Of a stretch of DNA of 64,000 bases, positions 56,512 to 64,000 are shown piece by piece. Each line of letters starts with the position of its first letter. The first letter of the stretch is position 1. Below the pieces are notes generated by a model that was not told the DNA's origin, made no database searches, and saw only the letters and a list, made by a program, of their open reading frames with translations. Origin of the DNA: Patescibacteria group bacterium (GTDB lineage: Bacteria; Patescibacteriota; Microgenomatia; 2-02-FULL-39-11). The position numbers were made by a program, and so were the translations under genes. The stretch covers positions 14,780-78,779 of the forward strand of contig JAMCUI010000007.1 in the NCBI GenBank assembly GCA_023379265.1, in the 5' to 3' direction.

Positions 56512-59500
56512 TTAAGTTGTGGAGGCTGATGTTTTAGAATCCGCAGCACCTTCTTTTACCCCCGTATCTTCCGTAGGTAAAACTGGCCCTGTATCTGCGG
56601 CGGGAGACTGACTTTGATCTAAAGAGGTATTTTGTTGAAAATAATCACTCAAGGGATTCTGACTTTGAGCTTCTTGTACCGGTGAATTATTCTCCTGTGG
56701 AGACACGCTAACGGTTTTATCCTTACCCTCCTCACTTGATACCTCCTGCATGCTGAAATCCTTTACTTGGGTTTCCGGATTTCCTGTATTTGGTTTATCT
56801 TTTTGACCTGCCGCTTCAACTGACGTCCCAGATGGTTTCTGTTCCATTTCCTTTACTAATTCACTGGCGCATTTGGGACAGGAAAGGGGAGAAGCATCAT
56901 CTGTTTTCCTCTGCCAGATATTGGAACAGTTAAGACACTGGTATGATTTGGAGTCTTCTTGAGGTTTGTTTCCCCCAGGCACTTCTTCTACCTGTGGATT
57001 TTTTGTCTTATCATCTACCACAGCTGGCTTTTTAAGCTCCATCTTCTTTACGTTAAAAGCTAGTTGCTGCCCGTCATAATCCACCATTACCGTATCACCC
57101 GCAGCTAATTCTCTTTTTATAAGAAGAGAGGAAATTTCATTCTCTATAAGACGTTGCATTGTCCTGCGCAAAGGCCTGGCGCCAAATACGGGATCATAAC
57201 CCACCTCGGCTAGATACGTCTTTGCATCATGACTGATATCTATAGCAATATCCTGTTCCTCAAGCAGTTTAGAAAGAGCTTTCACCTGAAGTCCTACTAT
57301 TTCCACCATATGTTTTCTGGTCAACGGTCTAAAAACTACCACCTCGTCAAAACGATTAAGAAGTTCCGGACGGAAAAACTTGCGCAACTCTTCCATCAGG
57401 CGATCCGCCAATCGAGCAAACATCTCATCTTCTCCACTATCGGATTTTTCCTCGTCTTTATTCTCCAAACCCAAAGGAATAATATCTTCAGGCTTTTTAG
57501 TCTGTGCCTCTACTGTACTAAACAATTTCACCATCTTTCCAGAAATCCATTCGGTTGAATCCGTATTTGCTCTCTGGAAATAACGTCCGACAGCAACGAT
57601 TAATTCCTCACCAGTAGGCTTAAAAACGTGTTGATCCCATTTTTCAATAGGAAACTCAATCTTTTCCTCGTCTTTAGGATTAATCTCAACTCCTGTTTTA
57701 TCCTCTGACTGTTGTGCATTATCAATTCTTTTCTCACTTGTATTTACCTCAACCTGATTGGTGCCGCCATTATCTGTTTTATTGTTTACGGTTTTTAATT
57801 CGTCTGTCTTTATATCTCCACCTGAAATATCCGAACCGTCTGTTTTTTCTTTCCCTTCCGGTGTTTTTCCTATAGAAACAACGTCTGCGCCCTTCAACGT
57901 ACATCCCGTAAAATACTCAGCTAGCGTACCCGTAGTCCAATCTGTTGTCTGCAAATTCTCCCTTAGCCAAAACCTGTCTCCGAAAGAAACCACTTCAGTA
58001 TTGGTAGGGGATACAGCATGTGTATCAATCCTCGCAGTAGGCAACTGTTCTTGAGGCCGGTCAGGAAGAGCATTCACCACTACACCTCCTTTTACATAAT
58101 CCAAAAGAGATTTTTGTGTCCATTCTTTGGTCGTTGTTGAGGTACGCTGCCACAACCTATCGTCAAAAGTTATAATTTCCGAGCCGTCAGGAGCGATAAG
58201 ATGAGTATCTATACCGTCCTGAGGGAAATCTTTTTCTCCCTCTGTTACCGTGGAACCGGCAAAATAGTCTAAGAGTGAAGAAACTGTCCAGAACTTATCG
58301 CTTCCTTCCTTCTCCCACAGTTTTCCCTTAAAACTCACAAGTTCCCGTCCAGTTGGCGAAATAGTATAAGTACTAAAAATTTCCTTTTCTTTAGTTTCAT
58401 GACTTTCTTCATTATTTTTTGACTTATCACTCCAACCCAACATTTCATCCTGGATGATACCGCTACCTAGATTGGAAGTACAAATAACAATGGTATTCTT
58501 GAAAGAAATGGTATGTCCTTTATTATCAGTCAACCTACCATCATCTAGAAGCTGTATAAGAATATTAAAAACATCTGGATGGGCTTTTTCTATTTCATCA
58601 AATAAAACTACTGAATATGGTCTTCTTCTCACCGCTTCAGTTAATTGCCCTCCCTCTTCATAACCAACATATCCAGGAGGCGCACCAATTAATTTTGCGA
58701 CCTCGTGCTTTTCCATATACTCGGTCATGTCAAGCCGGACGATCATCTCCTCGCTTCCAAAAAGTATCTCAGCTAAAGCTTTCGCCAACTCTGTTTTCCC
58801 TACTCCGGTTGGTCCCATAAAGATAAAACTACCAATCGGCCTCTTGTTTGATTTAAGTCCTGCCCGGCCGCGTCTGACTGCTTCGGCTACCGCCAATACC
58901 GCATCTTCCTGATCTATAAGCCTCTTATGGATAATATCCTCCAGACTCATCAACTTTGTCGATTCGCTTTCAGTCAACCTGCTTATTGGAATATTTGTCC
59001 AGCGGGAAACAATATCGGCAATTATATCCGGCCCGACAATATTGGTCGTAGTCGATTTCTTTACCTGATATTGCTCTTTAAGTTCTGTTTGGGCCTGCTC
59101 CAATTCCTGAATGTCTTTTTTTATAGTCTGGAGGTGAACTTCATCTCCTAATTTTTCCGCTTCTTTTGCTTCACTATCCAACTTTTTCAATTTATCTTCG
59201 CCTTTTTTTATTTCCTCCGGTAAGGAAATTGCGGGCAATCTTACAGAAGCCGCAGCTTCATCAATTAGATCAACTGCTTTATCAGGCAAAAACCTGTCAC
59301 CAATATAACGCTGTGATAGTTTTACAGCTGCATCCAAAGCCTCGTCTGATATTTTTACACGGTGAAAAGCTTCGTATTTATCACGAAGAGCAGAAAGCAT
59401 TTCAACGGCCACATCAGCTGTAGGCTCCAAAACATATACTGGCTGAAATCTTCTTTCAAGTGCTGGATCCTTCTCCACATATTTTCTGTATTCAGTCACT

Positions 59501-60843
59501 GTTGTCGTCCCTATCACCTGCAATTCACCACGGGCAAGGGATGGTTTAAGAATATTTGACGCGTCCATGGTTCCTTCACCACCAGAACCCGCTCCCACCA
59601 TATTATGCAACTCATCAATAAAGAGAATAATTGCTCCACTTGCGGCCTTGACTTCTTTAATAAGGTTTTTCAACCTCTCTTCAAACTCCCCCCTATGCTT
59701 TGCTCCGGCGATAAGAGACATCAAGTCAAGCAATAACACTCTTTTATGAAGAAGGGTTTCCGGAACATCTCCATGAGCAATGCGAAGAGCCAAACCCTCT
59801 ACAATTGCAGTCTTACCCACGCCCGCATCTCCGATTAACACAGGATTATTTTTAGTTCTTCGTGAGAGTATGTGAATGATACGTTCAATCTCAGTACTTC
59901 GGCCAACCACCGGATCAAGCTGTCCCTGGGCTGCTTTAGCGGTTAAGTCTTCAGTGTATTCCTCAAGGGCAGAACTGGTCTTTTTCTCCTCTTCTTTCTC
60001 TAATTCTTTCTTTCCTGTTATCTTTTTATTCAACACCTCAGGCTTCAAATTGTATTTAACTAAAGTTCTTGCAGCTAGGCCTTCCCCTTCATGCGAAAGA
60101 GCCAATAATATATGCTCTGGAGAAACAAACTCGTACCCTAAAGATCTTGCAGCAGACAACGACAACTCAAGCACCCGCTTCACTCGGGGGGAAAACTGCG
60201 GTTGCCCGGAAAAATTGCCTTGTTTGAAACTTTTCTCCAATTCCGTTTGTATCTCTGATGGAGTAGCCTTACATTCGGAAATAATCTGGTAAATACTGCT
60301 ATCTCGAAGAAGCCCCCAAAGCACATGTTCTGTATCTATGTACTGGATTTTCAACTCTTTTGCTTTTCCCACAGCACTCATTAGAGCAGTATTCGCTCTT
60401 TGGGTAAGTCGAGAAAGAACGTCCATTCCAGCTCTCTTTTTCATATCTATATTCGTCTGACCATCACTTGAAGTGTCTTTTTTTTGTGGGGTATTTTTAT
60501 CTTTTTGCTGTTGTTCTGTCTTTCCTTTTGATTGGTCTGGTTTTTGAGAAACACTATTCTGCTGCTGTCCGACAACAGGCGGCTTGCCTATTCCAGAAAA
60601 AGCTTTACCACCAGGAGGATTACCAATTCCCGAATAACTTGTGCCTGATGGGGAATTACCTATCCCTGAATAAGAAGTGTTTGTATCTTGCACGGTATCC
60701 GAAGCCGCTTGGGTTGAGTTTTTTGTAATGGTAACTACCCGTTGGTCTACATCTTGACCACCCGTAGCATCATTTTGCTGACTCTTGCCACCTGAAGCGT
60801 CTTTTTTCAAGTATCTGCTGAAATTAAAAAGTCCTGCGGGCAT
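56512..60843 (-). CDS. ClpB/ClpC-like two-ring AAA+ chaperone with GS-rich N-terminal leader, large D2 insertion of four novel repeats, and C-terminal zinc ribbon
   Basis: 1443 aa. Clp-N repeats. D1 Walker [16 protein letters not shown] short M-domain coiled coil. D2 Walker [15 protein letters not shown] and TSNLGS. The '[15 protein letters not shown]' sensor motif (standard spacing from TSNLGS ~45 aa) is then delayed by about 340 aa, a stretch carrying four copies of H-x-x-x-P-x-G-x-E-(I/V)-x-x-F-...-W-...-W-T-...-L-x-x-Y-F. There is a CxxC...CxxC zinc ribbon near the C-terminus. The true start may be the internal Met near 60444. Confidence 0.75.
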   Translation of the reverse strand: MPAGLFNFSRYLKKDASGGKSQQNDATGGQDVDQRVVTITKNSTQAASDTVQDTNTSYSGIGNSPSGTSYSGIGNPPGGKAFSGIGKPPVVGQQQNSVSQKPDQSKGKTEQQQKDKNTPQKKDTSSDGQTNIDMKKRAGMDVLSRLTQRANTALMSAVGKAKELKIQYIDTEHVLWGLLRDSSIYQIISECKATPSEIQTELEKSFKQGNFSGQPQFSPRVKRVLELSLSAARSLGYEFVSPEHILLALSHEGEGLAARTLVKYNLKPEVLNKKITGKKELEKEEEKKTSSALEEYTEDLTAKAAQGQLDPVVGRSTEIERIIHILSRRTKNNPVLIGDAGVGKTAIVEGLALRIAHGDVPETLLHKRVLLLDLMSLIAGAKHRGEFEERLKNLIKEVKAASGAIILFIDELHNMVGAGSGGEGTMDASNILKPSLARGELQVIGTTTVTEYRKYVEKDPALERRFQPVYVLEPTADVAVEMLSALRDKYEAFHRVKISDEALDAAVKLSQRYIGDRFLPDKAVDLIDEAAASVRLPAISLPEEIKKGEDKLKKLDSEAKEAEKLGDEVHLQTIKKDIQELEQAQTELKEQYQVKKSTTTNIVGPDIIADIVSRWTNIPISRLTESESTKLMSLEDIIHKRLIDQEDAVLAVAEAVRRGRAGLKSNKRPIGSFIFMGPTGVGKTELAKALAEILFGSEEMIVRLDMTEYMEKHEVAKLIGAPPGYVGYEEGGQLTEAVRRRPYSVVLFDEIEKAHPDVFNILIQLLDDGRLTDNKGHTISFKNTIVICTSNLGSGIIQDEMLGWSDKSKNNEESHETKEKEIFSTYTISPTGRELVSFKGKLWEKEGSDKFWTVSSLLDYFAGSTVTEGEKDFPQDGIDTHLIAPDGSEIITFDDRLWQRTSTTTKEWTQKSLLDYVKGGVVVNALPDRPQEQLPTARIDTHAVSPTNTEVVSFGDRFWLRENLQTTDWTTGTLAEYFTGCTLKGADVVSIGKTPEGKEKTDGSDISGGDIKTDELKTVNNKTDNGGTNQVEVNTSEKRIDNAQQSEDKTGVEINPKDEEKIEFPIEKWDQHVFKPTGEELIVAVGRYFQRANTDSTEWISGKMVKLFSTVEAQTKKPEDIIPLGLENKDEEKSDSGEDEMFARLADRLMEELRKFFRPELLNRFDEVVVFRPLTRKHMVEIVGLQVKALSKLLEEQDIAIDISHDAKTYLAEVGYDPVFGARPLRRTMQRLIENEISSLLIKRELAAGDTVMVDYDGQQLAFNVKKMELKKPAVVDDKTKNPQVEEVPGGNKPQEDSKSYQCLNCSNIWQRKTDDASPLSCPKCASELVKEMEQKPSGTSVEAAGQKDKPNTGNPETQVKDFSMQEVSSEEGKDKTVSVSPQENNSPVQEAQSQNPLSDYFQQNTSLDQSQSPAADTGPVLPTEDTGVKEGAADSKTSASTT

Positions 60844-61140
60844 AAATTATTTCGGAATGCAATTATAATTTTCAGTCATATGCTCCATAAATTGCCTACC
60901 ATTTACCATAGATTTCCTAGAGCAAAAATTCTAGAACACAGTTCTAGTTAAACATGGCTGATAAAATCTGTCAATACTAAATAAAATGGGTAAAAAAAAC
61001 TTTTCACGGAAAATTAATCTATTTAGGTCATAATATGACCTGGAAAGCCTTACTTGCAAGATAATTTTTCACATTTTACGCTAGAAACAGTTATTGTTTT
61101 GTAGTCCGTATAAGAATTGTACACTAACTGACAACGACTT

Positions 61141-62634
61141 ATGGAACAACATCCAGTCCCAAGAAATATTAGCGGTTTCCAGTTCCACCTTATCGGAGAT
61201 ATGACGCTGCGCCAATTTGGTTATTTAGCTGTAGGAATTGGAGGAGCTTATTTCATTTTTAAGCTTGCGCCGTTCCCGTCTATAATCAGTTTTCCGCTTG
61301 CGGGAATAGTAGGATTGGCAGGTTTTGCTTTTGCCTTTTTACCGATTCAGGAAAGACCTTTGGATAAATGGTTAGTAGCGTTTATAAAAAGCGTCACTTC
61401 TCCCACGCAATATTTATGGATAAAAAACAACCCTCCACCTGATGTACTAACAAGACCAATTGTAATTGGACAACGGGTGATATCACAATCAACACCCCAT
61501 ATAGTTGCGCATAGAGAAGCGCAACAAAAATTAGCTTCATATCTAGCATCGCTTCCTCAATCACCCCATGAAACCTTAAATCTAAGGGAGAAAAAATATA
61601 TCAACTCCACGCTGTCACTTTTTCAAACATCGGGTGTATATATAGGAAACAACCCGACAACATATGTCGCCTCAAAACCGTCTTACGCACAACATGTCGA
61701 GCCCTTAAGATATACCCCTCTTTCCAAACAATCCACACCCATTAACGCTTCTTTTACCAGCCATGTAGTAAAATCGCCACAAACCGATGCAGCGACTCAA
61801 CCTAAATCTGATAAAGTTGCTGCGGGTTTTAAGCAAATAACTATAAGCCAACCGTCAAACATAAAGTCAAATACACAAATAACCTCTACACCTACTATTC
61901 ACGACGCGCCAACACAGCAAGCAACTGAAAAAAATGCTACGCAAAAAAATGTCCAGCAGCAGACTAAAAAACCTGCTATTTTGCCTTCAAACCTAAAACC
62001 AATAACACAATCAATAAACCCACCCACTTCGCAAAAATCAATCGCCCAAGCTGATAAGGTTAAAGATCAAAATATTCCAGAAACTCAAAACGAAACAAAT
62101 AGCCTCCAAAAACAACTAACAGACTTGGCCGCGGAAAAAAAGAGGCTTGAAGACGAATTGAACAAACTTAAAAATGAAAGAGTGAATTTGGAAAAACCAG
62201 AGATTGTAAAACCTGTTGCCATGGAGGAAAAACCCTCAAAAGAACCAACGATAAAAACTATACCAGCAAAATCTGTTGCTTTAGAAATGGGCATTACAAA
62301 TATAAACCAAAACCCCAATATTATTGCGGGTGTTTTTAAGGATCCTCAACATAAAATTTTACCAAACATTATTCTCACAATAAAAGATAAAAACAATAAC
62401 CCCTTAAGAGCAATGAAAACTAACAAACTTGGTCAATTTGCTACTGCCACACCTTTACCAAATGGGGTATATCTACTAGAAGCCGAAGATCCGCTGAAAA
62501 GGTATGTCTTTGATATTGCCGAAATCACGCTTGCCGGTAAAGTATTTTCTCCAGTAGAAATAATAGCCAAAGGTGAAAAAGAACTTATGAGGGAAAAACT
62601 TAACAAAGCGGTTTTTGGCAATGCTACAATATAG
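61141..62634 (+). CDS. membrane protein with N-terminal double-TM domain and Thr/Pro/Gln-rich extracellular region plus coiled coil; possible T4SS-associated (VirB3-like N-terminus)
   Basis: 497 aa. Two N-terminal TMs (FGYLAVGIGGAYFIFKL / SFPLAGIVGLAGFAFAFLPI) followed by ERPLDKWL, a low-complexity T/P/Q/K-rich region and the coiled coil LQKQLTDLAAEKKRLEDELNKLKNE. It sits directly upstream of a VirB4-like gene. Confidence 0.35.
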   Translation: MEQHPVPRNISGFQFHLIGDMTLRQFGYLAVGIGGAYFIFKLAPFPSIISFPLAGIVGLAGFAFAFLPIQERPLDKWLVAFIKSVTSPTQYLWIKNNPPPDVLTRPIVIGQRVISQSTPHIVAHREAQQKLASYLASLPQSPHETLNLREKKYINSTLSLFQTSGVYIGNNPTTYVASKPSYAQHVEPLRYTPLSKQSTPINASFTSHVVKSPQTDAATQPKSDKVAAGFKQITISQPSNIKSNTQITSTPTIHDAPTQQATEKNATQKNVQQQTKKPAILPSNLKPITQSINPPTSQKSIAQADKVKDQNIPETQNETNSLQKQLTDLAAEKKRLEDELNKLKNERVNLEKPEIVKPVAMEEKPSKEPTIKTIPAKSVALEMGITNINQNPNIIAGVFKDPQHKILPNIILTIKDKNNNPLRAMKTNKLGQFATATPLPNGVYLLEAEDPLKRYVFDIAEITLAGKVFSPVEIIAKGEKELMREKLNKAVFGNATI

Positions 62635-62668
62635 TAGTAAGTGAATTTAATAAGGCTTAATTTATTAT

Positions 62669-63349
62669 ATGTCACAACCGACATCCGCCCCCATAAGGGC
62701 AACAACTCAAGAATTTTTAGATATTGAAGATATTAAGGAGGATATTATTATTCTTCGGGATGGTTCAGCCGCCCTGGTTATAGAAACAACTGCGGTAAAT
62801 TTTGGCCTTTTATCTGAAGAGGAACAAGACGCTCTAATTTATGCTTACGCTTCACTAATTAACTCCCTTTCATTTTCTCTCCAAGTAGCCATCTTATCCA
62901 AACGGATGGACATTTCCTCATATATCGAAACTATCACCCAGGAAGAAGAAAAACAGAATAATCCTGTTGTGAGAAGCCGTTTACACACCTATAAGGAATT
63001 TATTATGTCTATTGTAAAAGAAAATCGGGTTTTGGAAAAGAAGTTTTATCTAGCAATTCCTTTCTCAGCGTTAGAATTGGGGGTAAAAGGAGCTGTTGGT
63101 GGAAATAAAAAAAGATTGCCATTTTCCATAGATTATATAGTTTCAAGAGCTAAAACATCGCTTTTACCCAAACGAGACCATCTTTTAAGACAGTTAGGAA
63201 GAATCGGATTAAAAGGCAGACAACTACCAACGCAGGAATTGGTAGAAATTTTTTATAACATTTACAATCCCACATTGACCGGTGAAAAGCTCGGTGAAAT
63301 CGCGGGATACACCAAACCTTTAGTCGAAGGGTTAGGAAAGAACCTATGA
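62669..63349 (+). CDS. VirB4/TraC-family conjugative ATPase, N-terminal segment encoded as a separate ORF
   Basis: 226 aa. QEFLDIEDIKEDIIILRDGSAALVIETTAVNFGLLSEEEQDALIYAYASLINSLSFSLQVAILSKRMDISSYIE follows the N-terminal pattern of Gram-positive-type VirB4 proteins (QEFLPI..I.DGII..KDG....IEV.PINF.L.SE.E). Its stop overlaps the next ATG (ATGA). Confidence 0.45.
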   Translation: MSQPTSAPIRATTQEFLDIEDIKEDIIILRDGSAALVIETTAVNFGLLSEEEQDALIYAYASLINSLSFSLQVAILSKRMDISSYIETITQEEEKQNNPVVRSRLHTYKEFIMSIVKENRVLEKKFYLAIPFSALELGVKGAVGGNKKRLPFSIDYIVSRAKTSLLPKRDHLLRQLGRIGLKGRQLPTQELVEIFYNIYNPTLTGEKLGEIAGYTKPLVEGLGKNL

Positions 63350-64000
63350 CATTCTCGTTATTTGCTAAAAAAAATAATGTGGCTAATCAAAATCAAATCC
63401 CAATTCCTCAACAGACTACACAAACAACTGGATTTGCTAAAACTGCAGTAGCTACCCAAAATATAAAAAACATAAGCGCAGAAAGCAAAGTCGCCGCCTC
63501 CGCTTATATTCCATCAACAAAACTTGCAACACAAACTCAAAAATTAGCCCAAGGCATGGTAACCGTGAAAGACATCATTGCTCCTTCGCTTGTTGAAGTT
63601 GATTTCGACCATGTACGAGTAAATAACAGTTACTACAGAACTCTTTTTGTAGCAGGTTATCCGAGATTTGTATCAGCAAACTGGCTGCACCCACTTCTCT
63701 CTTTTGACCATTCTCTTTTTATATCCATGTATATTTACCCCACTGAGTCAAAAGTGATTTTGGAAGACCTCAAAAGAAAAATTGCGGAAATGGAAGCGAC
63801 TATTCAAGCTGACATGAAAAGAGGAAAAGTTGTAGATCCGTCAGTCCAAGTGGCTCTTGATGACGCACTCGCTCTCCAAGCACAATTGGCAAAAGGAGCG
63901 GAAAGATTTTTCCAATTTAGTCTGTACATTACCATTCCCTCTGAATCTGTTGAGGAATTAAACCGGATATCAAAAGAGGTAGAATCAACCATTGGTTCAC
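63346..64000 (+). CDS. VirB4/TraC-family conjugative ATPase, continuation (3'-partial at window end)
   Basis: Open to the window end. DIIAPSLVEVDFDHVRVNNSYYRTLFVAGYPRFVSANWLHPLLSFDHSLFISMYIYP matches the VirB4 segment IAP..IEF..DY.KIGDKY.RTLFI..YP......GWL..L....D.SIHI.P. Confidence 0.5.
   Translation, partial: MTFSLFAKKNNVANQNQIPIPQQTTQTTGFAKTAVATQNIKNISAESKVAASAYIPSTKLATQTQKLAQGMVTVKDIIAPSLVEVDFDHVRVNNSYYRTLFVAGYPRFVSANWLHPLLSFDHSLFISMYIYPTESKVILEDLKRKIAEMEATIQADMKRGKVVDPSVQVALDDALALQAQLAKGAERFFQFSLYITIPSESVEELNRISKEVESTIGS

Overview
This window reads as a low-GC, gene-dense bacterial chromosome with short intergenic regions and many small secreted or membrane hypotheticals. The content is Patescibacteria/CPR-like: DUF5667 and DUF4012-LCP proteins, class A PBPs, and salvage rather than de novo metabolism. 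The sequence alone does not establish the taxon.

Core content I can support:
- Two canonical tRNAs, Met-CAT (+) and Ile-TAT (-), plus a non-canonical fMet-like tRNA element.
- A XerC/D-type tyrosine recombinase between the two tRNAs.
- A TPP-riboswitch-controlled thiamine-salvage operon, cytX-thiE-thiM-thiL-thiD.
- Purine salvage genes guaA, a CBS-less guaB and add.
- An nrdR-nrdJ-pduO operon (B12-dependent class II RNR plus adenosyltransferase).
- dtd, rplY, RNase HI, two tandem class A PBPs, LCP + DUF4012, an SPFH protein, and a ClpB/ClpC-like chaperone.

Four loci are worth a second look:
- Directly downstream of pduO I read a short cobalamin-riboswitch-like aptamer with its own terminator. 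It gates an operon of an 828-aa unknown protein, a DUF4430 (transcobalamin-like) protein, an ECF-S-component-like membrane protein and a small protein. This may run into a VirD4/TraG-type coupling-protein-like ATPase. I interpret it as a candidate, undescribed B12-acquisition module feeding the adjacent NrdJ.
- The 3' 22 nt of tRNA-Met are repeated 9 times in a perfect 39-bp tandem array next to the recombinase.
- A ~9.5 kb block is compositionally distinct, with higher G+C. It encodes a 1624-aa protein built of ~35 degenerate ~45-aa repeats, plus a divergent pair of Pro/Ala-rich coiled-coil and tail-anchored proteins.
- The ClpB-like AAA+ protein carries a ~340-aa insertion of four novel repeats, a GS-rich N-terminal leader and a C-terminal zinc ribbon.

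Smaller observations:
- ligT/thpR is frameshifted at an A6 run.
- A Gram-positive-type VirB4 is split into two ORFs at the window's right edge.
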